Position numbers and translations under genes: made by a program | Part shown: positions 27,649-42,291 of the stretch, in pieces | How the letters are laid out: every line of letters begins with the position of its first letter | Numbering within the stretch: the stretch's first letter is position 1 | The notes under the pieces: generated by a model | Database searches by the model: none | What the model was told of the DNA's origin: nothing | The model's input: the letters and a program-made list of their open reading frames with translations, nothing else | Source: Ptychomitrium polyphyllum | Lineage: Eukaryota | Reading direction: 5' to 3' | Assembly: GCA_973851085.1 (NCBI GenBank) | Contig: OZ316775.1 | Coordinates: 7,564,001-7,628,000 of the forward strand | DNA length: 64,000 bases

Positions 27649-29566
27649 CTGGATATGTCTATGAGAGGATCTTGATCAAAATTTTCAAAAACCTTCCTGT
27701 ATCCTGGAACACAGAACAAAAAACAAAATAACTTCAGTACATTGAAATGATTAAAAAACTCCATAACGAGACGTAGATTTCAACCAGAATTGAAAGTTGG
27801 ACAACTACCGTATCTGTAATCAGACTCCTCTCTATCGGTGACATCCCAGGTCTGGCTGGTCGCTGCAACTGCCATCGTTACACTACTGTATTAGATCGGA
27901 GCATGCTTTACAAAGACTATCGAGACTCGACCAAAGGGAGGAGCGAGGCATATTGTGCGACAAGTCTGCAATAGCAGCTGTGAAGCATCCTTCATGAGAT
28001 ATTTACTTTCGTATGCTACACATGGAGCTTTGAATTTAGGATTCTTTGCTTCTTCTATGTCCAGCAAATTGGTTCGTGATTTTTTAATCGCATACTTCTA
28101 CAAAATTCTTGCTTAAACAGTCAGGAAAGATCTTCTTGACTACAGGAATTGCTTGAGTATATGTCCAAACTTAAACCATGCTAGACTTAGTAAGAGGTTT
28201 TTTGAGTAATTATCGTGGTCCTGATTATTCAGCAATAATTACATTTCAAAGAGTCTATATAAAATAGAATCTTCATCAATATTACAAAGTTTTTACTAGT
28301 TTGAATAAATGGCTTATAGGTGATAACTTGCTTGTGCCCATAAAAGTCTCAAAGCCACCTATTAATTGTAATTGAACTTTCTGCAAAATTTCCTCTTGCA
28401 AATTTGCTTCTGATAAATATTATAATTGTGTATTTTAAAATGTACTAATAAAAATAAACATCTCCTCTTCTTGTCTTTTCATTTGAAAGAATAAGCTAAA
28501 GAAGGATTGATTATCTTGAAGAAAGAGAAGAAAAATGGCTTGGTGGAAAGAAGGGCAGATGATTTAGTTTGAGGGGATATGATTTAGGGCAAGGCAAGAT
28601 GATCTAACAATGGAGAGATGGAAGAGAGAAATGGATGTGGAGAGAGATGGAAGTTGAAAATAGAGATGGACTTGGAGAAACAAAGAGAGATTATTAGAAG
28701 AAGATTGAATTGTCTTTTTAACTTTTGAGTTCTTTTTTACCTATCATTCTAAAATAATGAAGGAAACTGTCCTTTGGAAAACCAAATTTTGCAAAACAAT
28801 TAATTTGATCCACATTTCTATTCCATGAGAAAATTCCACATCTATTATATAAATTTTCAAAATTTTAATTCCATTGCCAAATATGCATAGTTACCATATG
28901 CAATTATGATTTCAATTGGCAATCCAAGTTTCTGTTAAAATTTTAAAATTTCTTTCTTTTCAAGCTTCTTCTTCTTCTTTTTAAAAATTTCTTTAAAAAA
29001 AAATTTCTCTTATTTTTTTATTTTTTTTGGTTTGTTTCTTCATTTTCTTCTTGTATGGTTTCAAAAGAAACTATTCAGAATTTACACAATTCTCAACTTC
29101 CATAAGTTTTGTATTTCAAATTAACAACTTTTAGTTCCAAACTTCCAACCTCCTTATATTCCAAATTATCAATGTTAATATATTCCAAATTCTACCTAAT
29201 TTTTTTTTAATTCCGAATTTTCAATGTTTAGAGTCTTTATTATTTACCTTAATACTTTTCAAAAAAATATGGAAGTTGTGGTAACAAATAACAATATTTT
29301 CTTGTTTGAAATTGCATTACAAACTTGATTATAATTCTATGCTTATTAATTGCTTCTTAATGAGTTCCTTTCTATTGCCTATCTTTACTTAGTCATATCT
29401 GTATCAAATTATGAATTCTGAAGTTTAGTCTTAAAGATCAAATTAAACAACATTTTCAAAAAATTAATTTGCTTACAATAATGATAGTTTGACATACAAT
29501 ATAATATAAGATTTTAGCTCAATATGTTTTCATTCAAGTTACAAAAAATTAGGATGTCTTTAAATG

Positions 29567-29569
<3 letters not shown>

Positions 29570-29641
<72 letters not shown>
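29570..29641. repeat. (AAT)n microsatellite, ~24 units
   Basis: Perfect aat run. Confidence 0.98.
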
Positions 29642-30829
29642 GTGCTTATTATATATAAGTTTTAAGAAAAAATTTACAACTTTATTCTACATGAACATTA
29701 AAGCTCAAGCAACTCCTATAGACTTCAAAAGAACAAAGCATGCTTTTGCTATAATGTCTTTAAAGGCTTCTTATGGCTTTTAGATTTTTATTAAAAGCCA
29801 TAGAGGCCAATTTTATTTCTTCTTGAAAGTACTAAGGATTTTCAAAAAGTTATATTTTTTTATTCAAATTCTAAAGACCTTGATTGATTGATTAAATCAA
29901 GATTTGATTTGCATTATAAGCATTTTTCTTTTTCCTCCTTCCAGCAAAAAATTCTACAAAAAATGATTTGCTTTAAAGTAGTGCTACAAGCTATAGAAAC
30001 AGAAAGATTGATGAAGAAAAGATATTTGCAAGTTGACAAAGGCAAGAATTAATTTTGTCATCAAGTTTTTAGAAGTTGAATTGACTTTCATATATATAAT
30101 ATTGGAAACATTGTACATTTAAAATTCAGTAACTCTCTTAGCTTATTCTTTAATCTAAGCTATCAAATACTTCAATGACAATCCCACTTATTGCAAAGAT
30201 TTAAAACATTTGCATTTGCATTTGCACTTGTACCAAATAGAGACTTAAATTTGAATTACATGTATTTGATTTAAGAAATTGCATAATTTTGGTTATTGAA
30301 GTATTGGTTGTAAAATTCTTGAATGCTATATTGTCTAATGCATTAGCAAAATAAGCCAAAATAATGAAAATAGTTTCTTTTTAATCTTTTAAAAAGTAGA
30401 GAATTGTTTTTAACATTATGGAAGTGATAGAGAATTTTAAGTCAAAAGTAGATTTTAAAATCTCATTACATAAATTTTTATATTGTAATATGTTTTGAAT
30501 TCTTTACCCATTTTCTAGAAAACATAAAGTTATAAAATGAAAGTAAAACATAAAGTCATTAACAATACCTATTTACATACATTCAAATTTAAGAAATAAA
30601 TATCATTCAAAAACATTGTATCAAATAAAATCAGAACATTTACACGTGGCTAGCCGCTTGTTCATCTCTTGCAAAGCAGCCTCTGTTTTTTCAGACCATT
30701 TTTAACAAGTGTGCTCTTGGTGATCATTTACTTTGATTCTAGTATGGTGTTGTTTCAAGAGTGCAGCTAGTCGAGTTACCTTATTGTACTGACAAGGCTT
30801 CATGTTGGTTTTCTTGGCTTTTCACAGGT

Positions 30830-31730
30830 GGTCATTTACATTTACAGGATCTCACCAATCTTTCAAGCGCATTCTACAAGTCGGCAGCATCTCTGTGAGG
30901 GGCTGCAACTCTGCATTTGAGTATTTGGGGAATCTTATTTTGAGAAGTTAGATTGTTTTAGCTTGAAGGAATCTAGCCTGAGGAGATATTCCTTTGAGCA
31001 TTAGCAGGTTTCATTTACTTAAAAAGCTGGGTTCCTTCTAGCTTGCAAGAATCTAGTTGGAGGAGTAAGGGGATTTACATCAGATTCATCCCTTGCCAGA
31101 GGACATATTTCTTTTGATGGTGTTGTATCTCTTACACTCCCTAAGTCTCACTATATTCACTGTTTTGCATGAATAGCAACTAAGTAAACTATGTAATTTT
31201 CTTGTTTCATTTATGTCCAGGATGTTTTGCAAAGTGCATGTTGTAGAAAATCACTCAAATGATATGGAGCAGAAGTCTGTCAAATATATTTAAAGTGTTG
31301 GATAAACTTTTTCAATTCAAATAATCAATTGACATAAATGTGTTGAATTTGGCCTTTGCAGACAGCTGTTTGTTTGCAAATGTCTGCTAGTTGTTGTCTG
31401 AGTGGTAGGAAATCCCTTCAATATTCTCTGAAAGTAATTATGTTCAAACTAAGTACAATTTTCTGTTCAAATTATGATGAGGCTCTTCTGAAACTTAGCA
31501 CCTCTGTGAATGCATTTGCATGATGTTATGTTCAAAGTGTGCACAATGGCTAGCTGTGATTCTGGAAGTGGAGCTTGTGTCAAGCCTTCAAGGTCTGGTG
31601 ACTCCACATCAAAGCAACTGGTGTGCATTGAAGGGGCTGCAAGGTTCAGATATTTGAGTTGATCACAAGTCGAATATTACAGATGTCACATGTTTGTAGA
31701 ACTTAGGCCTGTAACTACAACATAGTCTAC
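30830..31730 (+). pseudogene. Degraded leucine-rich-repeat gene fragment (NLR-type LRR-like)
   Basis: Short frames between stops: LQDLTNLSS (~30842), YLGNLILRS (~30923), GDIPLSISRFHLLKKL (~30982-31030), ACKNL, LVCIEG...RCHMFVEL (~31620-31700), resembling LPxSIxxLxxLxxL/CxxL repeats. Confidence 0.5.
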
Positions 31731-33687
31731 AAATTGTACATTTATGAAGAATACATAATGATAATTAATACCCTCCATTGTATTTCAAACATGCTCTGTG
31801 TAAACATGCTAGAATGAGCAATAACTCATCATATAACTCCAATTTGGATTGACTACTGAATGTGAACTTTTACATATTCTTCTAGTGCCTTTAGGGGTTT
31901 GGATACATTTGTGCAAGAATGAACATTAGTATTTGTCAACACATACGCAAAGTGAAAACTTGTTTTGGCATTAATTTTTTGAACAATGACCCTCTTGACA
32001 AAAGTGTCTTACCCAAAAAATTTAAGAAATTTGAATATTGGCTAATAGTTCCAAAAAAATAAAATACAATGTCATATAATATACTGTTGTGGGAGGTCAG
32101 GCATCCCACTACCCCCTGGAATATACACAGTTTCATGTGCACCTAGGACAGCTTCCACCACAATTGAATGATGTGCTTCATTCTTGAGAGTGACATCTGA
32201 AAATTCAATCAGGCGTTCTCATCAAGGAAGTGCTGGCAGCCCCATACATTTTGCCAAGTTCAACTGATGTCATCCAGAAGTATCCCTGACCCACAATGGA
32301 AAGTGCATTTTGTCTACAAGTATATAGAGTCTTTCTCATGTCCGTGGATTCCTCAACTTGACGTGCTCACCACATAACATGACATCCCTGGTTCTTGTTC
32401 CAAAATGTACAGAGGGTTCATTAATTTGTTGATGGCAGGCAACAACCTGGTACAAAGAAGCATCTAAATTGCTTTAGTCTCTCTGTATGTAAGGACAGAA
32501 CAATTGTATGAGCTATTGCAGGAGGGAAAAGAGGAATTTGGGTCTTAGAGACTTACCAACAGGTTCTGATGCCCAGTACAGAAGGATTTATGACTGGTTG
32601 AAGTTGATTGTAGTAGACAGAAAGGTTACTGGCATCAAAGTCAATCTAGAGTTACTCACCAGACACTGTGCTGTTGTTGGAGCAAGGAGAATCTAGTTGA
32701 GGTGGAGAGCAGCAATTGCATTGGAGCTGTAATTGCATAAAATTGTGCTTTCTAGGCACATTTTAGAAACAAAATGAAGCAATGCATTCTCATCTTTTCA
32801 TATTATTATAGCCTTAATGCAATTGTTGCTTTCTGCTTTACTACTAGGTAGAGCAAATGACTAGGCACTCAAAAAGAAGAAGACTTGTCTTCTCTTTGAA
32901 CTCAGGTGTGAATGAATAGTCAATTCCTTCTAAATTATATATGCCCATAAATGGTAACAAGGCGCAAGTAAGAAGAAGCCCTTTTAAAAGTATTTTCAAG
33001 ATGGTAGCAAAAAATATTTTACTTAGCCATATACTTCAAAACACATCCAAAAATTAAAGTGTAATTACCTTTTCATCTAACATGTATCATTCTATTCCCA
33101 TAATAGAGATTTTTCATTCTTTCCTTACATTGGATTCGATTTGGAGACATGCAGAGTTAACAAAACGGAATCCCGTAAACAATAGACAAAGATTTTTTTT
33201 ATATTTTGATATTCTTTTGTCAAATTTAAAAACACTGGTAGGAAGTTTTACAATAATTACTTTCTTTTTGGACCTCTTCTATACTATACTAAAAACTCGA
33301 CATACATGTATGTAATATGAGTGGATATGGTACAAGATTTTTGGTTTAAATTTATGACATTTGTATTTAAGACTCATTCTTAAGTGTTATTTATAATTAT
33401 TATTGAAGAATCATGAAATTCTCTAAATGATCACTAATATCAAACATAGCCAGGAAGGTTATTTTAAGAGGGACAATGGCTTTTGAGAGAACCAAATCTT
33501 CTTACTTACAAGTTAATATATGTTTAACTTGTGTCCTTGTGCTTCTAGTGCATTACTTATGCACAATAGTGATATTCATCTCAAATGCAGTTGTATTGCC
33601 TTTCTAGAAGATATATAGCAGGTTCATTCCAAGGTAGGACCTTCTTCCATGAAGGAGTGTTGGGTGAATCCCACCCACTGAACAATA

Positions 33688-33767
33688 CCAAAATTTCTCT
33701 TCCACCACCAAAATTTCTCTTCCACCACCAAAATTTCTCTTCCACCACCAAAATTTCTCTTCCACCA
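33688..33767. repeat. Tandem array of a 21-bp unit (ccaaaatttctcttccaccac) x~3.8
   Basis: Near-perfect consecutive copies. Confidence 0.95.
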
Positions 33768-35617
33768 GATGATCTTTAGAACTTACCTTACTCTTGTTGC
33801 AATTGAAATGAACAAAAAGATCCACCTGCAACACAAGAATGTGGTTGCAGCAAGAAGTCAGTGACATTTTGGAAATTGCAGAGAAAGAAGATCAAAAGGA
33901 TGCAGAGAGACAGTTGATCAACACTGAATGAATGGCTCTGAAACAGTGGAAACTTCTGATTTTTAGCCAAACAGGAGTGTATGGTGTTCTGGCCCTGGAT
34001 GTGACTCCAGAAGTTCACTCCACCTGCTTTCTTGAGTCACACCATTGCATCAATTTGTCCTGTCATATGTGGTGCTTCGAGAAGCACTTCCCAAATTCTA
34101 TGACAAAGTACTTACACTAAAATGGTGACTCATGATAGAACTAGAATTGATATGATTTACCATGTTTCATTTTGAGATGGATAACAAATATTGCATACTT
34201 CTTAGATCACAGAATGACATAAAATTCTGAACATGTTTTTGAAACTGAAAAAATAACTTCTGAACTTGTATCTCATCAAGGAGTGCAAAATGTATTAAAT
34301 CATAGCTTTGAATAAAACAGGAAAAAATATAATAATGATGATAAATTATTATTATTATTTTTATTATTATTATTAAAATAACCCACTAAAAATGCTCTAA
34401 AAATGCTATTGACATTAAATATCATTTAGTAGTGGTGTAATTGAAACAATTGTGTTATAAACATAAAATGATTATCAATATGATATATTGTGGACGTTCT
34501 TTGATAATGTTAAGTAATGTTTCATTGTAAAAGGATTATGTATGATAAAATCTATCACCATTGACAAAACTTAATTTTTATCTTATTTTGAATGATCTTG
34601 AATTCATAGCATTTGAATGAGTCATTCTTTTTGGATATTCTAATCATAATTGTACCATATTGATGTAAACTTTGAAGATTTTTTGGTGTATTTAAGTATC
34701 TAATTCATGAAGGTTTCCAAGGTAACCTTGAATTTGAGAATTTGAAAAAATTTAGGTAATTTTTGGAAGTGTATTGTAGACTTGATGTATAGATTAAATT
34801 TATAGGTTTTTGAATTTATTTATTTATTTTAAATGGCTAGATTCACCAATGCTATCACCAAAGTATTCTTTAGGAAAATTTAAAACTTAAAATTTTTGAT
34901 TCTTTTAAAATGTGATTACCAATGAAGTAATATAAAATTTTGAACATAATTTATTGGAATAAACTTGAAAACACATAAATCTAATGTGGTGATAATTAAA
35001 GTTTCTTGTGTTGCTTAAATCTATGAGTTCATTGTTTGAAGCTATTTTTGAATTAACTTGCCAATACAAATTCGAGTTGCATAAATTTTTACATACTTCT
35101 ACATTTATACTAATTTTAGTAGATATGTCCTAAAGTCCAACATCTAGATAGAAATAGGAAGATTTGTAAAAAAACTTGTAGAAGCAAAGTTTGCCACCAA
35201 CTCAAAACATGTTGATTCAATATCTAAAGATTACTTATTTATTTATTTATAAATATATAAATGTGTATATATGCATGTATATATGTATATATTTATGTGT
35301 TTATATATATATATATAAATGTGTATGTATGTAAAGTATTAAGGTGAAACATGTTGCATTCACATTACTACGGGAAGAGAGTGTGATAGCTTCCAGACGG
35401 TGTTTGCAAAATGTGGTTCCTCCAGTCAAACCTTGTCCTGGCCAGTCAATGCTCAGACTGACCAATATTGCCAGCGCACTCCATGTGTACAAATATTTGT
35501 GACACGTCCAATGGCCGCACTTCAAGAGGGACAAGGTAAATGTGGCTTACCTTACTCCATGTGGCTTTTGAAGAGGTGTATTGGCAACTCTCATGACCTG
35601 GCGGATGGATATTAATA

Positions 35618-35735
35618 GTGGGTGGGTGGATAGACATTCCCTCAAGCTTTTACAGCAAAGTTAGATAAGAAGGGTCGTGGGTGGGTGGATAGACATTCCC
35701 TCAAGCTTTTACAGCAAAGTTAGATAAGAAGGGTC
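35618..35735. repeat. Perfect 59-bp tandem duplication
   Basis: 35618-35676 is identical to 35677-35735 (gtgggtgggtggatagacattcc...ataagaagggtc). Confidence 0.95.
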
Positions 35736-38700
35736 ATTGAGTTTGTCCATTGAGCATGCCTTGTCACGGAGGTTTTCTCCTTTTCCATTCGTGATAAGTA
35801 TTCATCAATTGTGAGTCAACTCTGGCCTGACCCTGATGGTAACAAACTCCTACTTCAGTGTCTGAAAAAACATATATTGGATCCTGTAAACTACAGCAAG
35901 GGGACCCATCCAAGTTGCATGATATTCTTCAGCAGTAAAAGGAACTCACCCATCTTGGAAATGGAATACCGACAATATACAATAGTGATATTATAGTGAT
36001 GAATGAAGATTTTAGTTCTAGTTTTTGTGATTTGGTGTACAGACTCTTTCAATCTTTAGTGAACCAAGGTTTTGATAATGTGATTGTGCCTTAAAATAAA
36101 AGAACAATTTCTTTGGAGAGAGGGTATTTAGAAGAGTTATTGGAGCATGGTATTTGTAACTTTAAGACCTTGATTTTAAATAACATAAATGAGGTTAAAA
36201 GTATTCACTAAATTGGTGAATTAGAATCAATTTCATAGCAACCTTAGTCTATAGGTCCAATGGTTGACTTTAAATACTACATGTTAGCATTTATTATATA
36301 CTTATTGTCCCTATAATTGATTTTTTTTAAATGCTTCAAGATCTTACTTCATATTGGGCTTATAATATTATATTGATGCTAAAATTCTTTTTTAATATAG
36401 GAAACTAACTAAAATGGCAAACATTGAATTAAAATTATGCATTATACATTTAATTCACATTCATGTAGTTTGTGAATTTTTTAAAAATCTTTAAAATTTA
36501 TAAGTAAAAATCTAATTTATTACTTAGGACTTAAGAATTTTCATTATAAGCGTGTAAATGAACTTTAGTAGAAAATATCAATTCCTAGACATCAAAGTGT
36601 GGTATAATAGCCAATACCACTATATTTCCTATATGTGGAACAATTCCATTCTTCAAACATGTATGATGCTTCAAAAAAAATTGTTACTAGTTACATTTTA
36701 GTTCCAATAAGATATTATACTATTAAATTGAAGCATTCAACAAATAATCATGACTTGAAGTATTAAAAAGTGTGTAAATTTTAGATTTTAATATATGTTT
36801 CACCCGCATGTAGAAATAGGATAGGTGGACAATTGTTGATATATAGAGGATCTTTAAAAATATTCCTATAAAGTTATGCTAAAGGATTTAGATCCTTTAA
36901 AGGTGGAATGGCAATTTAAACCGCCTAAAAATAGGAGGTGGGGAGACAAGGCATTGTTTTGTTTTTGATGGATAGTGTAGAAATTCTATGCACAAATAAT
37001 AGTGGGAATTAGGAACAAGGGACTTTAAAATTAAATATTGAAGGAAAAGTGGAATTTAGAACAATGTTTGTCATAGCAATGGTTTGCGGCTTCATATTTG
37101 TGGTACAGAGGAATGAGTGGTAAATGCATAAAAAGGAATTGTTTTGATATAGTTTATTTCGCTTGTTGTATGATAACTTCACTTTAATAATGGCTTTAAA
37201 GTGTCCACCAATTTTACAAGTGGGCTTAGAAAATACAAGGTGAAAGTTGTATAATTAGGTAAAATTGAAGGAACTTCTCCATCTCAACATGCAAGGATTG
37301 TATGGTTATCAAGTGTCTAATGGATGTTTAAACTTCCAAGTCTAAAAAATACTTATTGAAAAGTGATGATTATAAATAAGTCCATTGGAATTAATATCAA
37401 TTGAAGAAGCACATGGATAACAGTTTGGAATTAATTGAAAAATTTGAAGAAAGAAAATCCACATGAATTTGGTGACTTAATGAATTGCTTGATTTGTTCT
37501 AAATTCCATTCTAAAAGTGGATATGAGAATGATGGCAAGGTTATTAGAATAAGCAATGGAGGTTGCTAGTGAAATGTTTATGAAGATAAGTCTATCTTTG
37601 GTAGAAGTTGGAGGTAATAGCAACCTTGTCAATACGGCTTGCACTTGAAAGCTTCTTTAAAAGCGCAACAAAAAAATGTCAAAGGTAAGAATTAGCATTA
37701 ATAACATGCTTGACTTTATTGCAATAATTTTTTGCCATTGCCACTAAGAAATTAAGCAAGGAAGAAGAACACCTTGTGCTTTTTTTGAAGCAAACACCTC
37801 CAATTATCATAGAAGCATTTGATATTACTATATAAGAAGAAGGTTGTCAAAAAGTTTTGTTGTTGGTTTGAAAAAGTACATGGCCTATGATTATGGTACC
37901 CCTTATTTCTTATATATGTTTTAGCATTTTTATCCTTCATTTTGAATTTATTCATTAAAAATCTACCACCTAAAAATAAGAAAATTTTACATACAATCTT
38001 TCCTTCTGGCCAAAATGATCTTTCTCATCATTGACTTGCATTTCTTAATGCCTAATTAATGAAAGAAATTGAGATCCTTTCATCAAGTTAAACATCTTAT
38101 CAAATCCTAAAATAAAAATTTTGAATTATTGTTATTATAAAATTTCAATCTAAATCATCTATGGTGAGCTAATTCTTTAAACTAAGTTCAACTAGCTATT
38201 TTTTTTTGGTAGTCCTACATTTAATTACTCATTTGTGAAATAATCTTGAATAAAGTCATGAAAATTTAAAACTTTGTAATTGTTCATAAAACTAGTAATT
38301 ACAAATACTTTCTAATCTTTATAATTGCACCACTTATATTGCCAAGGTCTGATCCTCTAAAGTAGGCACATTCCAATTGCAAGCTTATTTGACTCCTCTA
38401 CTTTAGCAATTTGTTTATCCTTAATCCAATGGGTTTCTATACTTCATACTCTACAAAAATGCAGATGAATTTGTACCAAATGTTTTGCACAGGGTCTTCC
38501 CATCCACGGGGTTGGATTTTGTGCAAACTGATTCCAGCATGACCCAAAATTTTTAGCCCTCCTTTGTGGGTTGGTTAAGAGTTAGAAAGTAATAAAAACA
38601 AAGTTTTATGAAAATTCACACTGAAATACCATTCAAAGTTTCGCCTATAGTATTGTTTGGATCTTTGTTAGTTTGGAATACCAAAAAGTAATATTATTAC

Positions 38701-41324
38701 AAATGTCTATTCTGGATAAGATGGAGTGGTTTAGGATTTAAGGTTAGTAACCTTTCACCATTATTGAAGATTTCAGAATTGATTTTCAAAATGCAGTTTT
38801 GACTAGGCATGGCATCAAACTCATGAACCCTATCATTGTCTGTACACAAGCGTTGTGAAATCAAAGGTATGCTCCCTGGATTGTATTTAAATAAATACTC
38901 TTGATTTTGGAAGTTGGCCTGCTTTCATGAGTGCATTCATGCAACTTGAGCAACTTGTGCTGAACTTGGATTGATTGTTTAGTTGTCACTCTAAAGAATT
39001 AAACTATATAAGGCAACTTCCGTGAAAAAAATCAAAAGTTGCCTGTTTGGATTTAACTTACATATGATACTGCTTTTTGGATACATTGAGGGTAATTTGG
39101 AATGCTGTATCATATGAAGAAAACATGAAATGAAGGTTAGATTGCTTTTTAACACAACTTGTTGCACACTTTTGGCCAAAATTTCAACATCTGCATCAAA
39201 TCTATCAGAACCTATCCAACTAAGATAGACTTTGAATACCAACCATTCAGTACTTTTGTAAACAACAGCATCCTGTGGAGGTAAAGGCTCTTGATTCATA
39301 CTGATCTTTACAGAAATTTTTAGTTAAATTGTTTTTCCTTGATGGATTCTATATGTCTAAACAAGAAAAATGAGAAAATGATGGGCAATCATACTTACTG
39401 TTCAAGTTCAAATTCAAACATATTTGTAGTAATACTTTTGAGGCCCGTGCTTCAGGAACACCAAATTCAACTCTCTCATCCAACTTAAATATTCTAGTTT
39501 TTGTTTTTAACTTAATGAAACCTTAACGTATATGAAATATCTATATGCTGTTTTATAATTGTTTCAAATTTTTTTTAAATAAAAGCAATAACCATTAACA
39601 CTTTGGTAGAAAATTTTAATTCTGAATATTAGTTTCATTCTCTCAAGAAATCGTGCTTGAACATAACATTAGGTTTTCTTGTTAAGACTTCCTTTAAGTG
39701 AAAACCAGATGTGGATTTTCTTTTACAATAGGAATCTATGTATACTAATGATAAAGTTTGTATACCACAAGATATCCAAATTTCATTAAAATCTAGAATT
39801 AATAAAAACCTTGTTGTTTTCAAAATATTGGTAATTTCTAATAAATTATTTACATGCATATAAATTGAATAATAGTAGTATTATGCACATATAAAAGCTT
39901 TTAAGAAAGACGAATGAATTTGTTGTTGCAAAAGCAAGCACTTTGATGAAGTAATAAGATATAATAGAGGTTGTTGTAGAGCATGATGAATTGTTAAGGC
40001 TTTGACTAGTATCCCTTGTTTACCTTAATGAACTGAGTTTTTAGAGTATGGCCAAAAGCAAGCAAGATGCTTGTTGTCAATACTTGCTCCATTTCTTTAC
40101 ATCCAAATTGAAACAAAGTTGACCACCATTGTATAGGCTTTCTTAGCCTAAAACACCAATTTCAAAAAAGACACAAAATTAACAAAATTAGCAAAAAGGT
40201 CCTTATAAGGTTCTTGAGTAATACAAAGCAAGCAACAAAAGCTAGAATATGGATGTTGGATAATGCATTGTCTTTCTCAAATGACATAAGGATATCATGA
40301 TTGGAACTAACATCATGAAAACCTAAGAAATATATATGTATGTAGAAGTCCTTAATAAGGCTATATAACTCTTTTGAGGTTGTGTGTATACCACAACCTA
40401 TAGCAACCATTCCTATAGCAATTCCTTTTAATCAAGGATATCCTAAAGAATATAGTTTTAATTTCTCTTATGTCTTCCAAAAATGATTACATGAGATTTT
40501 GGTTTAGAATTTTTTAAAGAAGAAGAACACTTAAAATATGGAAGGTTGTTGATTACATTGTCTAACATGGGATTTAGTTGTGTCCTTGTAACAATAGTTA
40601 AGAAAAACAGAGGCAATAAACAAGTAATACAAAGCAACATAGAATGGGGCCAATGAAATAAGCAACAAGTTTATCATAACACATCAATTATGTTACAACA
40701 CACATATGTGATATCCAGCATGTGTTAATATTCATGTTTGATTACAGTTTATTTCTCATAGCAACTTTATTACGATCTAGATCATATCCAATACCTCACT
40801 GATATGTTTGTCATCTGTGTTGTGTTGAGGGGTATTTTCCAGTGTCCTGTATGTGAGAAATTCAAATGTAGACCTTGCATGATACTCTCAGTGGAGCTGA
40901 GAATAACGCCAATGAGGTACTTTATTAACTATTTATTGAACTTTAAACATTCCATTTTAATGAAAGGGATATGGCTAATTTTAATATTTTAACTCCCATA
41001 GCTTTTTTAACGATTTATAATATTTTAATGTATTCGTCAAATTTGTCAAAGTATGTGATGTGTTTTGGTCAGGACACATTCGGCTACTTGGCTACAGTAA
41101 CCACTCTGTTTTGGCTCTTTATCTCTGATTGGTATGAGGAACAATTGAATGAGGGAAAACTAGTGGCTCAAGAAGAAAATCCTGAAAATGTGGGAAGACA
41201 AAATGGAGAACCATGATAACAAAAGAAACTAGTGGGACATTGAACAACTTGGCAACTTGATCTCGTGCTGTGCAAATGACCAGGTTTATTTATTCCTTCC
41301 TGGCATAAATGAAATTCGATTACA

Positions 41325-41680
41325 ATACGTGTCACCATTTCCTTTGCCTACAGCCTTTATCCAAATCATATCCCCAATACAATTTTTTACAATTTCTTGT
41401 CACCACTTCCCACACTCCTTTCCAAATAAAAAAACAAGTCCCCACCAGCAGCGCCTTCTCAACGCAGCAAAGTTCTGCACTCTTATCCACGTGGAAGTAA
41501 CGACTCAGCTTCGAGAACCCCAATCATATTCCGGGCTGGCCTGTCAGCTAAGAACGAACGCAGCATGTAGCGAACGCCGTCGCAAAGTGCTTCTGGAAGC
41601 TCAGTTTTCGTCAATATCCGAGCCCTTCAGGTTCCTCGTTCCCTGCACGTCCGCGTCCATCCACGTCCATCCACGTCCTT
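41325..41680 (+). promoter_or_regulatory. Cluster of ACGT-core (ABRE/G-box) elements upstream of the DnaJ gene
   Basis: ACGTGTC at 41327-41333, CCACGTGG at 41487-41494 and three CACGTCC copies at ~41646-41678, in a GC-richer island after AT-rich DNA. Confidence 0.5.
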
Positions 41681-42291
41681 CCTGTGCCGGTGATCGACGA
41701 AAGTGGAACACTCTAGGAAACTTCCTCTTGTAGGAGGCCACAAGCTTGCCGATATGGAATCCATATCCAAAACCGTCGCTAAATCAAAACCCACTCGTAT
41801 CTAGCAATTTCGTACTTTCAAGGCTCAAGTCTAGAGGAATAGTAGATATCGTCGATGCTTTCGGATTTTGGGTCGCTTTTGTGTACGAGGTTCCCTTTCA
41901 AGCGGCTATAACTATAAGCGTTCTATTTTCTATCTCACACATGAATTTGCCCTTGTGTTTATGCTGTGAAGAACTTCTGTTTAGAAGACAATTGCAACTT
42001 GGAATTGAGTCGATCCGTTGCTGGATCGTCGAAGCTGATTGAACTAGAAGCATCTTTGAGAGAATTCCTAGACTTGTTTTCAGAGGCGCACAGTCAGGTT
42101 CAGCTTTCAAGGGTGGAAATTTGTGACAAAGCTTTGAGTTTTGGATCATCAGATCGGGGGTTTAAGATCTGGATTGCTGTTGCGCTTGCCTAGAGCTCTA
42201 TAGCGACCAATTGTGCTGGAGAAGAGTTGGAGACTTTGTTTGTAAGTTGCAGTTTTCGTAGCGGTTGGTTGCGAGGATGGTGAACGGTGTG

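Noticed and set aside
33688..33767. CRISPR-like appearance of short repeats
   Set aside because: Head-to-tail units with no spacers, eukaryotic context, no cas genes.
38991..40410. Possible transposase fragments (102-aa ORF; MVAIGCGIH)
   Set aside because: No diagnostic DDE, KDZ or helicase motif set could be recognised.
41257..41733. 158-aa ORF upstream of DnaJ
   Set aside because: Non-ATG start, overlaps promoter elements, no domain similarity evident.
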